Origin: Candidatus Liberibacter ctenarytainae
Lineage (GTDB): Bacteria; Pseudomonadota; Alphaproteobacteria; Rhizobiales; Rhizobiaceae
Reading direction: 5' to 3'
DNA length: 64,000 bases
NCBI GenBank assembly: GCA_016808295.1
Contig: SEOL01000005.1
Span: 10,357-74,356, forward strand
Position 1 is the stretch's first letter, and every line of letters starts with the position of its first letter. Below the pieces are notes generated by a model that saw only the letters and a program-made list of their open reading frames with translations, was not told the origin of the DNA and searched no databases. Position numbers and translations under genes: made by a program. Shown in pieces: positions 33,511 to 44,282 of the stretch.

Positions 33511-35775
33511 ATGGCTGGATATATCTTAGGGAATATTTCTATGATGATATCACGTGCACATCCCTCTTCTATGGCTTCAGATCGTTCATATGACGCATTG
33601 CTTTCATCGCTTTCACGACGCCCTTCAGTAAAGAATGAAGAGAAATATTATAGAGATACAATCAAGAAAATATCAACGATTGATGAATTTATCAAAGATT
33701 ATCGAATATTGCGTTATGCCCTCAAAGCGCATGGCTTGCTCGATATATTACCTGCAAAAAAATTTATACGCACACTTTTAGAAAGCAATCTCTCTGATCC
33801 GAAGAGTATTGTGAATAAAACGAACAATCCGAAATATATAAAATTCGCTCAATCGTTTAATTTCTCACCGGCCCCTAAACGAATCCAAAACAATATACAA
33901 CAAACACAGCTAATATCACAATATATTGATTCTTATCAGCAAGAAGAAAATTCTGCTTTTCTCAAAAGCATGCATTTTCGTCAAAATGCCCATAAAATTA
34001 ATTCTCTTGCAGATTTTTTTCGTGACAAAGATATCCAAGAGTATATTTTTGCATCTTTTGGAATTGATCCACACAAGATGAATCGTACGATTCTTAAAGA
34101 CATTATTGTTAGGGGCTATAGGAATCCCGAAGAATTTTCTCACGTATCTCAAGGATCTCGTCTTATCAAGATGTCAGATTACTTTCGTTTTGAACCAGAT
34201 GGTTCTTTTCCCAAAGGACAGAATACGTTAACACATAAACAGATAGAAAATATCACCACCAACTATCTCTCTCAGGCCACACATTTCGTTCCTGAAAAAA
34301 ATATTTCTTATAATCGCGCTTATTATGAATCGAACATTGGATCTATTGAATCGATGACCGATCTGACAAAAGATTCAACACTATTCCAAATGGTGAAAAT
34401 CGCCTGTTCTATCAATCCAAACATGTCTTCCTCTACTTTTCTGAATCTGATCAAAACAAAAGATCCCTCTGTAAATGAAATAAAGAAATTTTTCCAATAC
34501 AATGATATCCATCATACTAAATTACCTGGACAGCCATTACAGCAAAAAGCATTCATCTCCAAAATACTGGATCAATATGTTACAATGGTTCGAAAAGAAA
34601 AATTAGAATCAATGAACCTTTCTGTAGAAAACTATCAGAAAGACATGACAAATATTCATTCTGTTGATGATCTTATAAAACAAAAACCTACGATCCCTAT
34701 TAAAATTCATACTGCAAAACCTAAAACACCATTAGAATTTATTTTGCATGCATATGATATCAATATCAATGAAATGTATGCGTCTACATTACGAAACATT
34801 TTTACCAGTGATCCCGATGATCGAAATAGCTATGCCAACAAATCACATGATCAACGTTTTATAAAACTCAACAACGCATTTAATTTTGATAGAAAAGGAA
34901 AGATTGGATCTATGCCAATGATACAATCAATATTAACAATAAGAGATACTTTCTCTAATTACGCTAGTAAAAAAATGGATAATTATATTAATAATCACAA
35001 AACGCAATATATATCCTCATTAGCTAAAAAGAAATTCAACAGTGATATCAGTGCAGAAATCGATTATTATATACAACATATTGAGAATATTCGTTCCCTT
35101 GAAGATCTTATGGACAATAATAGGCTGATAAACTTTATACTTGAATCTAAAGGAATTGACCCCAAAAAAGTAACAAAAAATTTTCTAAAAGACATACTTC
35201 TATCCGATCTAAAAAATCCGAAAAGCCTTGCCAATACACATAAAGATCAGCGTTATAAAGAAATTATCCGTTCATTTGATTTTGCTGCGGCGGGAAAAAA
35301 ATATTCTCGCGATAATGGAGAAATACAAAATGATTTGCACATCAATGAGACGGTAGACCTCTATAAATATCAAATTCTTGAACAGGAAGCGGAACAAAAA
35401 GATCACAATACCAAATTATCCCTTTATTTTAGGCGCACTGCCCCTCACATCAAAAATATTTACGATATTTTAGCAGATAAAGATCTTTTTCATGTTGTTT
35501 CCAAAACACTGAACATACCACCTCATTTTTCATCTCTCCCACAGCAAAAACAAGCTGATTTTTTACAGAAAAAAATCAAAATCGAAGATTTTAAAGATTC
35601 CAAAAAGGTACAGCTATTTCTTCATCGATTTAACATGGCTAATACGAATCTTAATCCTAAAACCTTTATTCTTCCTTTGGCTTATAAAGAAACAAGAGAT
35701 CAAGATCCTCCACCCTTGGTAATAGGCAATATTCCTGGAACAAAGAAGTTTTCTATGTCAGATCTCTTCTTTTAA
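33511..35775 (+). CDS. Large repeat protein made of six DUF1217-like modules (function unknown)
   Basis: 754 aa with a GAGGTG RBS 5 nt upstream. There are six modules, each opening with [YF][YF]xxxIxxIxSxxD[LF]. Those openings are KYYRDTIKKISTIDEF, MHFRQNAHKINSLADF, AYYESNIGSIESMTDL, ENYQKDMTNIHSVDDL, DYYIQHIENIRSLEDL and LYFRRTAPHIKNIYDI. Most modules end in F[NDR]F. The family assignment comes from recalled DUF1217 consensus, not from a search. Confidence 0.6.
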   Translation: MAGYILGNISMMISRAHPSSMASDRSYDALLSSLSRRPSVKNEEKYYRDTIKKISTIDEFIKDYRILRYALKAHGLLDILPAKKFIRTLLESNLSDPKSIVNKTNNPKYIKFAQSFNFSPAPKRIQNNIQQTQLISQYIDSYQQEENSAFLKSMHFRQNAHKINSLADFFRDKDIQEYIFASFGIDPHKMNRTILKDIIVRGYRNPEEFSHVSQGSRLIKMSDYFRFEPDGSFPKGQNTLTHKQIENITTNYLSQATHFVPEKNISYNRAYYESNIGSIESMTDLTKDSTLFQMVKIACSINPNMSSSTFLNLIKTKDPSVNEIKKFFQYNDIHHTKLPGQPLQQKAFISKILDQYVTMVRKEKLESMNLSVENYQKDMTNIHSVDDLIKQKPTIPIKIHTAKPKTPLEFILHAYDININEMYASTLRNIFTSDPDDRNSYANKSHDQRFIKLNNAFNFDRKGKIGSMPMIQSILTIRDTFSNYASKKMDNYINNHKTQYISSLAKKKFNSDISAEIDYYIQHIENIRSLEDLMDNNRLINFILESKGIDPKKVTKNFLKDILLSDLKNPKSLANTHKDQRYKEIIRSFDFAAAGKKYSRDNGEIQNDLHINETVDLYKYQILEQEAEQKDHNTKLSLYFRRTAPHIKNIYDILADKDLFHVVSKTLNIPPHFSSLPQQKQADFLQKKIKIEDFKDSKKVQLFLHRFNMANTNLNPKTFILPLAYKETRDQDPPPLVIGNIPGTKKFSMSDLFF

Positions 35776-36323
35776 AACATCACCTTTTCTTAATGGAAAA
35801 ATAGCGCAAATCCTTTTGATTGCAAAAAGCTGAATTATTCCCTATCCTTTAATGATACTTTCTGGTTCAAATCCAACCAAGGCGTTCATTAAAAGTAAAA
35901 AAACTCGTTTATTGGTGGATAGTACAATAATCTAAGCACGATTGTGATTTATCTTCCCAACGCTATCTATTATAAAGGATATTATCCGCTTTCTCTATTT
36001 AAATAGCAGAAAACTCAAATATCCGTTTACAATATCTGTCTTGAATTTTTGTTATGTAAGACTGATGAATTCTTTCCTTTTTCACCCTGCATCAAAGATA
36101 CATTTCTCCAAATATTACCATTAAGTAAATCAAAAAAATTTTAATTTTGGTCATTATCATAATAGAAACAAAAATGTACCACTATAAAAAACTTGATAAC
36201 AATATTCTGGATTGCTATGGTGCAAGGATTCAAAGGTTCAGAGGTTCTTTAGCTTGAAAAACAATTTATTATGGCACAATCCTATCAAGATTGTTCAGTA
36301 AACTATACGGAGAGATCTTTAGT

Positions 36324-37565
36324 ATGTTCTTAGAAAAAATTGTCAATTTAAATACCAAAAAGAAAATGTTTCTTTTTTATATAGCCTCTATATCAATTGG
36401 TATATTCTCGGGAATAACGAATTTCTCATTTTTTAATGAAATGGCAGAAGTCATTGCAGCTATTTTTATCAGACTTTTTAAATTCATCAGCTTGCCTTTA
36501 ATCTCTCTTTCCCTCCTTACTAGTTTAGCAAAATGCACCCCTGAAACAGGGATGGTTCGCGCATGGATCAAGACGGTATACTATACAATATTTACCACTA
36601 TGTTCGCTGCATTGGTGGCGCTTATTATGTATAATATCATTTCCCCTATGAATATGGTTCAGCACTCAGATGAAGTGCCTATACATATCAAAGAAACCAG
36701 TTATGTGCAGTTCATCTCTAATTTTATTCCGGAAAACTTCGTTGCTCCATTTTTAGAAAGTCATGTGATAGGCATTCTGTTGATCTCTGGTGCTGTGGCA
36801 ATTGCTATCCATTTCATCGATAATGCACGGACGAAAGATATCGTTATTACATTTTTCATTGGAATGCACAGCGTGTTTTTTACTATTACGCAGTGGGTTA
36901 TGAAAATCATTCCTATTGCTGTGGGTAGCTTTATCGCTGTTACAATTTTAAATGCTAGAAATGGTGCCAATTTTACGGGTTTAGGAGAATATTTATCGGT
37001 TATAGCATTGTCAAACATCGTTCAGGGAGCAATTATTTTACCCACTTTTCTTTTAGTAAACGGTCTTAATCCACTGAGAATTTTCAAGGGAATGAGTCCT
37101 GCATTATTGGTTGCTTTTTTCTCCAAGTCTTCAGCAGGAACATTACCTGTTACCATGCGATCTGCCGAACAAAATCTTAATATTTCCCCTCAGATTAGTC
37201 GTTCCATCTTACCTTTTTGTACATCTGTTAATATGAATGGCTGTGCTGTTTTTATACTCATAACAGTAGTTTATGTGATGCAAAACAATGGAATAGTAAT
37301 GAGTCTTTCCAGCATGTTTATCTGGGTGATAATTGCTTCTCTCTCTGCAATTGGCAATGCAGGAGTACCTATGGGATGTTTTTTTCTAAGTGCGAGCCTG
37401 CTCACCAATATAGGGGTACCGATTCATTTAATGAGCGTGATATTACCGTTTTATGCTATGCTTGATATGCTTGAAACCGGATTAAATGTTTGGTCAGATT
37501 GTTGTGTCACGGCAATTATCGATAAACGTTATGCGAAGACATACAATCAAAATATTGGTACATAG
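36324..37565 (+). CDS. Dicarboxylate/amino acid:cation symporter (DAACS / SDF family; GltP/DctA-like)
   Basis: Polytopic protein with family motifs FSKSSAGTLPVTM and CTSVNMNGCAVF (the SxS and NMDG-type reentrant loops). I chose ATG 36324. The ORF track starts at a TTG 11 codons upstream. Confidence 0.8.
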   Translation: MFLEKIVNLNTKKKMFLFYIASISIGIFSGITNFSFFNEMAEVIAAIFIRLFKFISLPLISLSLLTSLAKCTPETGMVRAWIKTVYYTIFTTMFAALVALIMYNIISPMNMVQHSDEVPIHIKETSYVQFISNFIPENFVAPFLESHVIGILLISGAVAIAIHFIDNARTKDIVITFFIGMHSVFFTITQWVMKIIPIAVGSFIAVTILNARNGANFTGLGEYLSVIALSNIVQGAIILPTFLLVNGLNPLRIFKGMSPALLVAFFSKSSAGTLPVTMRSAEQNLNISPQISRSILPFCTSVNMNGCAVFILITVVYVMQNNGIVMSLSSMFIWVIIASLSAIGNAGVPMGCFFLSASLLTNIGVPIHLMSVILPFYAMLDMLETGLNVWSDCCVTAIIDKRYAKTYNQNIGT

Positions 37566-38101
37566 AAAGATCATTCAAATGATCTCATCAAAAAAGTATC
37601 ACGGTATCTGCTGATACAATGAGATTGTACCTATGGTAGTAAAAGGTTTGCTCTCAAAGAGCAGACTTTTTATCAGTGTATATCCCTCGTCTTTATATAA
37701 CACGACAGAATAGAACTACTTCTATTGTACTGACCATGAATCAAGTGAATGTTGATACAATGTTTTAATGATGATGATGATTATTGCGTCTACAATAAAT
37801 TTCTTCATACACCTGTACTAATATGAACTAGTAATAGTTGAAAAGATCTCTTCCTTCTTATCAGAGTAATCATAATATGAATATTATTCCCTATCTTTAT
37901 AGAAAATGACATTTTTCACAGGATGAATATGCTGCATAATCCTTGGAAAATCTCTTAATAATATTCTTTTTTAAATAATATGAAGAATATTATATCTTTT
38001 ATATGGGTTTTCCTTTTATAACTCTCTTGATTATGAAGATGTTTTTCGTTTAGAAGGACACCATAGTCAATAACCTTATTACTATTCACTGAAATGATAC
38101 G

Positions 38102-40168
38102 ATGGACGACAATATTGATCTTTTTTCGGCATTACCAATCCGAAAACCACAATTATCTTCAAAGCCCGAAGCTTTAAAAGAAGATTTAACCGATGTGGGG
38201 ATAAGAAAATCCCAGAGCGCTTCTCAACAAGAAGAATATGGCGCTTCGTCGATTCGCGTCTTACAAGGGCTGGAACCCGTCCGCTTGAGACCAGGAATGT
38301 ATGTTGGTGGAACAGACGAAAAAGCATTACACCATCTTTTTTCGGAAATCATTGATAATGCGATGGATGAAGTCATCGCTGGTCATGCAGACCTTGTTAA
38401 GGTATCCCTAGACGATAGTGGGTTTTTGACTATTACTGATAATGGACGTGGTATTCCTATAGAAAATCATCCCCAATTTCCGGAAAAATCAACTCTTGAG
38501 ATAATTATGACGACACTGCACTCTGGCAGTAAATTTGGCGGATCTGCTTACGAAATGTCGGGAGGGCTTCATGGTGTAGGAGTATCTGTAGTCAATGCTC
38601 TATCAGATGATCTTCAAGCTACTGTTATGAGAAATAATGAGGTGTTTTGCCAAAAATTTTCCCGTGGTATCCCATTGGGTCCTATTGAGAAAATTGGGAA
38701 AGTTCGCAATAAACGAGGAACAAGCATAAAATTTCGTCCTGACCCACAAATTTTTGGGAAAAATGCTCACTTTGATGCGAAACGCCTGTTGAAAATGACC
38801 CAATCCAAAGCCTATTTATCTGGGAATGTTAAAACATGTTGGTCCTGCGATAAAGTAATAGCAGAGAAATACAATATCCCAGAACAAGCAGAATTTTATT
38901 TTCCTGGCGGACTAGAAACATATTTACAAACAAAAATACAGGATCAATCACTTATTTCTTCAGAAATCTTTTCTGGAAAATTAGCAAGGACAAAACCACA
39001 TCGTTGCACCGTTGAATGGGCTATTGCTTGGTGTGCAGAAGATCCTAAACTTACTTCCTATTGTAATATGATTCCTACTGATGAAGGAGGGTCTCATGAA
39101 TCAGGACTTCGTATTGCTCTTACTAAAGGCATAAAAAAATATGCTGAATTAACCCAGAATAAAAGAGCCGCTTCTATCACGAGTGATGACATCATGATTT
39201 CAGCAGTTGGAATATTATCTGTTTTTGTTCGTGAGCCTGAATTTGTAGGACAGACCAAGAACAAGCTTGTTTCGGCAGAAGCACAACGTATTGTAGAACA
39301 TATATTACGTGATCCTTTTGATCATTACTTAGTCAAAAATCCCGTTGAATCGACTAAACTATTAGAATGGATCATTGAACGCTCAGAAGAACGTCTTCGA
39401 AAGCGCAAACAAAAAGAAGTTAATCGTAAAACACCAGTGCGAAAGCTGCGTCTTCCAGGAAAATTAGCCGATTGTTCCCAAAACAGCGCTAAAGGAACAG
39501 AACTCTTTATCGTAGAAGGAGATTCTGCAGGTGGGTCAGCAAAGCAAGCAAGAAATCGTAAGAATCAAGCAATTCTTCCTTTGCGCGGTAAAGTTCTTAA
39601 CGTGGCAAGCGCAGGATCAGAAAAAATCCGTAATAATCAACAACTAGCAGATCTCGTTCAGGCCTTGGGATGCAAAACAAAATCACAGTATCGAGAAGAA
39701 GATCTCCGATATGAAAAAATCATCATTATGACAGATGCTGATGTTGATGGCGCACATATAGCCTCTCTCCTTCTTACTTTTTTCTATCAGGAACTGTATG
39801 ATCTCGTTAAGAAGAAGCATCTATTTGTGGTTTTGCCACCACTTTTTAGAATTACTCAGGGACCCAAATCAGTTTATGCGCGTGATGAATCACATAAAAA
39901 AGAAATCCTCAAGGAATTTAAAGAAAAGAGCAAGGGGAAAATCGAAATAAGTCGCTTTAAAGGTCTTGGAGAAATGTTATCCTCTCAGCTCAAAGAAACA
40001 ACAATGGACGCTAGGAAACGCACTCTCTTGCGTGTGGAAGTAAGTGAAGATACAATAATTTCAGAAGAAACGCAAGATTCTATCAATAAACTAATGGGAA
40101 CAAAGGCAGATGAACGATTTAAGTTTATTCAAGAAAAAGCGACCTTTGCAGATGATTTCGATATATAA
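38102..40168 (+). CDS. parE: DNA topoisomerase IV subunit B
   Basis: 688 aa. It has a GHKL ATPase domain (GLEPVRLRPGMYVGGTDEKALHHLFSEIIDNAMDE) and a Toprim domain (ELFIVEGDSAGGSAKQARNR, IIIMTDADVDGAHI). The length and the long N-terminal leader fit alphaproteobacterial ParE rather than the roughly 800-aa GyrB. Confidence 0.85.
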   Translation: MDDNIDLFSALPIRKPQLSSKPEALKEDLTDVGIRKSQSASQQEEYGASSIRVLQGLEPVRLRPGMYVGGTDEKALHHLFSEIIDNAMDEVIAGHADLVKVSLDDSGFLTITDNGRGIPIENHPQFPEKSTLEIIMTTLHSGSKFGGSAYEMSGGLHGVGVSVVNALSDDLQATVMRNNEVFCQKFSRGIPLGPIEKIGKVRNKRGTSIKFRPDPQIFGKNAHFDAKRLLKMTQSKAYLSGNVKTCWSCDKVIAEKYNIPEQAEFYFPGGLETYLQTKIQDQSLISSEIFSGKLARTKPHRCTVEWAIAWCAEDPKLTSYCNMIPTDEGGSHESGLRIALTKGIKKYAELTQNKRAASITSDDIMISAVGILSVFVREPEFVGQTKNKLVSAEAQRIVEHILRDPFDHYLVKNPVESTKLLEWIIERSEERLRKRKQKEVNRKTPVRKLRLPGKLADCSQNSAKGTELFIVEGDSAGGSAKQARNRKNQAILPLRGKVLNVASAGSEKIRNNQQLADLVQALGCKTKSQYREEDLRYEKIIIMTDADVDGAHIASLLLTFFYQELYDLVKKKHLFVVLPPLFRITQGPKSVYARDESHKKEILKEFKEKSKGKIEISRFKGLGEMLSSQLKETTMDARKRTLLRVEVSEDTIISEETQDSINKLMGTKADERFKFIQEKATFADDFDI

Positions 40169-40260
40169 CTTTATAAAAAACAGCCCATAATATACTATAA
40201 AAATTATAGGTAATCTTTTAAGATGTACATGCGACCTCCTAAAGATCAATGTAGCACCTC

Positions 40261-41394
40261 ATGAAACTGGATATACAAAACATGAATAAAAGGAATAAAC
40301 CTATAAAAGAATCAGTTTTACGACCAAATCGAATGACTAGTTGGGCAATCATCATTATTGGTCTTCTATCTCTCTATTTTCTTAAAGGATTTTTCGTTCC
40401 GGTATTTGCTGCCCTCATCATCGGCTTTACAACTTGGCCCATATATAAGCTTTTTCTTACAGAAAAGAAAAAGGAAGAATCCTCTACCTTATTAGCAGTA
40501 TATGCAACTCTATCTGTTATTATACTGTTCATCATCCCCATATCATTTTTTGCCTATTATGCAAGATTAGAAATACAAAATTTAGCGTCGTACATCATCT
40601 CTGCTAATGCAAAAGGTATTCCTATCCCTCATTGGCTGTCTAAAATTCCTTCTTTGTCATGGTTAGAAAAACTATGGTCTGAACATATTTCCAAACCTCA
40701 AGGCCTTACAATCCTCGCTGAAATGTTTTTGAAGAAAAACGGTATTCAATTCGTACAAAATTTTATATTTTATGTGAGTAGTTCAATAATTGAATATATA
40801 CTATCTGTCATCTTTATGATCGTTGCATTATTCTTCATCTATCGTGATGGTTCTCCTTTATCTCGACAATTAAATGTCTTAGGAAATCATCTTTTGCCAA
40901 CATATTGGCAGAAGATATCCCGCATTATCCCTATAATAGTGAGATCTACTTTCTTGGGGCTGACGATAATCGCCCTTGGAGAAGGCGTTGTATTAGGTGC
41001 TGCATATTATCTAGCAGGTATTTCATCATACTTTATGTTGGGAATGATAACAGCCATCATGGCACTGATTCCTGGTGGCGCTCCCACATCATTCGTATTG
41101 GTATCACTGTATCTCGTGACGCAAGATCATCTCTTTAATGCAATTTGTCTCGTTTCTTGGGGAACAATTGAGTTGTTCATTGTTGATAAAACATTGAGAC
41201 CATTCCTTGTTGGAGGATCTGTGAAACTTCCATTTCTCCCTACCTTTTTTGGTTTAGTGGGTGGCGTTAGAACAATGGGTTTGCTTGGATTGTTTATTGG
41301 GCCAGTTCTCATGGTACTCTTAACAACCATTTGGAAAGAATCTTTCCGTGCAGTACAGGAGGAACGTTCACAAAACACACCAGATGATGCTTAG
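40261..41394 (+). CDS. AI-2E family transporter (PerM/YdiK-like, UPF0118)
   Basis: 377-aa multi-TM protein with the conserved C-terminal region ...IPGGAP...LRPFLVGGSVKLPFLPTFFGLVGGVRTMGLLGLFIGPVL. Confidence 0.75.
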   Translation: MKLDIQNMNKRNKPIKESVLRPNRMTSWAIIIIGLLSLYFLKGFFVPVFAALIIGFTTWPIYKLFLTEKKKEESSTLLAVYATLSVIILFIIPISFFAYYARLEIQNLASYIISANAKGIPIPHWLSKIPSLSWLEKLWSEHISKPQGLTILAEMFLKKNGIQFVQNFIFYVSSSIIEYILSVIFMIVALFFIYRDGSPLSRQLNVLGNHLLPTYWQKISRIIPIIVRSTFLGLTIIALGEGVVLGAAYYLAGISSYFMLGMITAIMALIPGGAPTSFVLVSLYLVTQDHLFNAICLVSWGTIELFIVDKTLRPFLVGGSVKLPFLPTFFGLVGGVRTMGLLGLFIGPVLMVLLTTIWKESFRAVQEERSQNTPDDA

Positions 41395-42037
41395 GATTTC
41401 ATAAATTATATTGCTTCCTCTGGATTCTTAATCTTCTTGTATTTCAAATGAAACATTGAGGGATCTATTCGTCATCAGGCCTGATTTTATAAAAAAATCC
41501 CCCAATAATAAGGATACTTGTCGAAAAAATATCCAATTCAGGGGGCATGATTAATATCGTTATAAAATGATCAATAACGCAATACAAATATGCGTGATCA
41601 TTTTATTCCTATTAATAGCTAATAGAGAATTCATATAAATTCCATAAATCAACAAAGACCTATTCCTTGGATACAAGAGAAGAATCACCCGTAGATGCAC
41701 AATATCTACTTGTTGGAAATGTGATGTTTCTTATATTCACTCTTTATACAATATCAAGCTGTCTTGTATCTTACATCAAAATATTTTTTCTCTAAAAATG
41801 ACTTTGACATTGCACACGAAATAATTTCGTAGCACAATTTATTGTATTTTATAATAAATAAGATAGATCTTCCCCACAAAACAACCACGCTACTCACCAA
41901 AGACCGTTAGGTGTTTTTCATATATGATTAACTCATACAGGCTTTAATAGTCAGGAGCAGATGGCTTAGAATGATATCCTCACTACTTTTGAATATGTTA
42001 TATCATTACAACTATGCAAAACAAAAATACGCTTATT

Positions 42038-43198
42038 TTATGCCGCAACAAGGTGAGAAGAATTAGAGGCTATTGAACGAAGGAATTTTCTATTAGTATC
42101 GAGGTATATCCTCTCAATCATTTCCAATAATTCTTTTACAGGAGCACCCATGATATCCTTGTTCCGAACTATCTTCAGCAAATTCTCAGCTATCATACCT
42201 GGCTCGGTCATAGTAGAATTCATGGCAATTTTGCGCCAAATCATTGTTGCTTCCACAAAAATTATACTAACGTCATAATCAAGACCCACGGATTCATAAA
42301 GAGCACGAACAACATGACAACTGCCCGTCGACAAGATAGAACTTATTCGATTCCTGCTATGTTCTGAAATTGTTTCAAGAATGACAGAAACACAATCAAT
42401 ATTCCCAATGATAAGGGCATGAATTAAAAGAGCAGGAGTCAACTGCTTATCTTCTTGTAGAATTTCGACTAACTCATATAAATTCTGAGTGCTACCTATA
42501 TTTTGTATCATTTCGAAGATACCAATTCTCATGCTTTCTTCAAACAAAATCTTCGCACGATGAGAGGCCATAACCTTTCGAACAATTTCCGAGTTACATA
42601 CAGCATTACAACAATGCTTCATCAATAGATATCGAACTTTTAAGGAGAGATTTGTGCGTAAAAACAACAGATGTCTGACGTAAGAAATATGACCAAAATA
42701 TTCTACTATATGAATCAACAATGAATCTGACAAAAGAGCCGACTTATTTTCCAGTAAAACAATAATATTGTCACTACGTCCAAATTCTTTGATTAAATAT
42801 TCTGCAACAATAGACGATAATTTATACCGTGAAGCAACAAAAACACGTGTCAAATTACTTCCTCGCTGAATCAAATCAATCAAATCATTATCGTTTAGAA
42901 CGGGAGAATGTAAAATCATGGTACCCGATACATCAGGATGATCTTCACTAAGAGCTAGAACAACATGTCTGGGAACCGTATTAGATAAGGCTATGCCACG
43001 CGCAAAAGATAAACGTACGCTCAGAACAGGATCATCAAGCAAATGCGTCATCGCCCACACCAAAGAATCTCTCTCCTTTTCTAAAAATTCTCCTATACAC
43101 CAAGTTTTTCCTAAAACACGTGCCACACAAACTCTCTCTTGTGTTTTGGCTCCTTTGGCCCACTTTATAAACGATTTTACGCTCACAATTACCCTCAA
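42038..43198 (-). CDS. DUF2336-family protein (HEAT-like repeats, alphaproteobacteria-specific, function unknown)
   Basis: 386 aa. LLDDPVLSVRLSFARGIALSNTVPRHVVLALSEDHPDVSGTMILHSPVLNDNDLIDLI matches the recalled DUF2336 core pattern (LLDDPSPxVRLALAEALA...APRHVxLALAxD...SPxLxDxDLxDL). Confidence 0.55.
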   Translation of the reverse strand: MRVIVSVKSFIKWAKGAKTQERVCVARVLGKTWCIGEFLEKERDSLVWAMTHLLDDPVLSVRLSFARGIALSNTVPRHVVLALSEDHPDVSGTMILHSPVLNDNDLIDLIQRGSNLTRVFVASRYKLSSIVAEYLIKEFGRSDNIIVLLENKSALLSDSLLIHIVEYFGHISYVRHLLFLRTNLSLKVRYLLMKHCCNAVCNSEIVRKVMASHRAKILFEESMRIGIFEMIQNIGSTQNLYELVEILQEDKQLTPALLIHALIIGNIDCVSVILETISEHSRNRISSILSTGSCHVVRALYESVGLDYDVSIIFVEATMIWRKIAMNSTMTEPGMIAENLLKIVRNKDIMGAPVKELLEMIERIYLDTNRKFLRSIASNSSHLVAA

Positions 43199-43616
43199 AA
43201 TAAATGATTATTCTGTCTGTTCCAACCCAATAAAAGCTATACTGGAAAGGTTAATTGTTGGTTTGTATCTCTAATTAATAAAAACAAATATTACCAAAAT
43301 AATATTTGGCAAAAAACTAGTTTTTCAGCCTCCTGTATACATAATATAATTACTTCAATCCATCAGAGTAAAATGATCGTTTGTTTTGAAAGTTTTAGAG
43401 ATACATCAATGGAAAAAATGCTATTATCATCTTGATGATCGTCTCTAGAAGATCTCCTAGCATCATTGCAATATGATGGGATTATATTTCCTAAACAATC
43501 AATTATATGGGAAAAATAGCATTTACTTTCCTTTTTTCTCAGATTTATTATGGGTATGAAAAAAAATAAATTCCTCATATTGAATTATATATTCATCCAC
43601 AATAGGAGATTAAATT

Positions 43617-44174
43617 GTGTTTATAATTGCTGGACTTGGAAACCCTGGAAATGAATATCGTGATAATCGTCACAATCTTGGTTTTATGACCATCGATTCT
43701 ATTCGTTCTATATATCCATTTTCTTCATGGAAAAGAAAATTTTTCTCTGAAATATCAGACGGGTATCTTGATGGAATACGCACAATTCTCGTAAAACCAC
43801 AAACCTTCATGAATCTATCAGGAAAATCCCTTGGTGAGATAATCGATTTCTATAAACCTACACTCCAAAACTGTCTTATTGTTCATGATGAATTAGATCT
43901 TCCAGTCGGCAAATTGCGTCTTAAGACCGGTGGTGGAGATTCCGGACATAATGGATTAAAATCCATTAGCGAAAGATGCGGAAGAGATTACAAGCGACTC
44001 CGAATTGGCATTGGACGCCCTCAACAAAAAGAATATATTGCTCAATATGTTCTCAACAATTTTTCTCCTGAAGAAAAATGTTTGCTCACACCTATACTAG
44101 ATAATATTGCACGCTGTATTCCCCTTCTTGCTCAAAACAAGGATGATGCATTTTTACGCAATGTTCTATCATAA
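43617..44174 (+). CDS. pth: Peptidyl-tRNA hydrolase
   Basis: GTG start with AGGAG 8 nt upstream. MFIIAGLGNPGNEYRDNRHNLGF... and GGGDSGHNGLKSI motifs. Confidence 0.92.
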   Translation: MFIIAGLGNPGNEYRDNRHNLGFMTIDSIRSIYPFSSWKRKFFSEISDGYLDGIRTILVKPQTFMNLSGKSLGEIIDFYKPTLQNCLIVHDELDLPVGKLRLKTGGGDSGHNGLKSISERCGRDYKRLRIGIGRPQQKEYIAQYVLNNFSPEEKCLLTPILDNIARCIPLLAQNKDDAFLRNVLS

Positions 44175-44282
44175 CCTGAATCTATTCATATGAAATAGAA
44201 CCAAAAATGACATCTTGTTCTTGACCTGACCCTCTTGCTTTGCTTCATAGAGATAGAAGATCTTTTGAAAGGGAAAAATTTT

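Noticed and set aside
43363-43578. 71-aa minus-strand ORF upstream of pth, and a similar 60-aa ORF at 53388-53570
   Set aside because: They have no RBS and low-complexity AT-biased composition with no motifs. They are probably chance ORFs within spacers.
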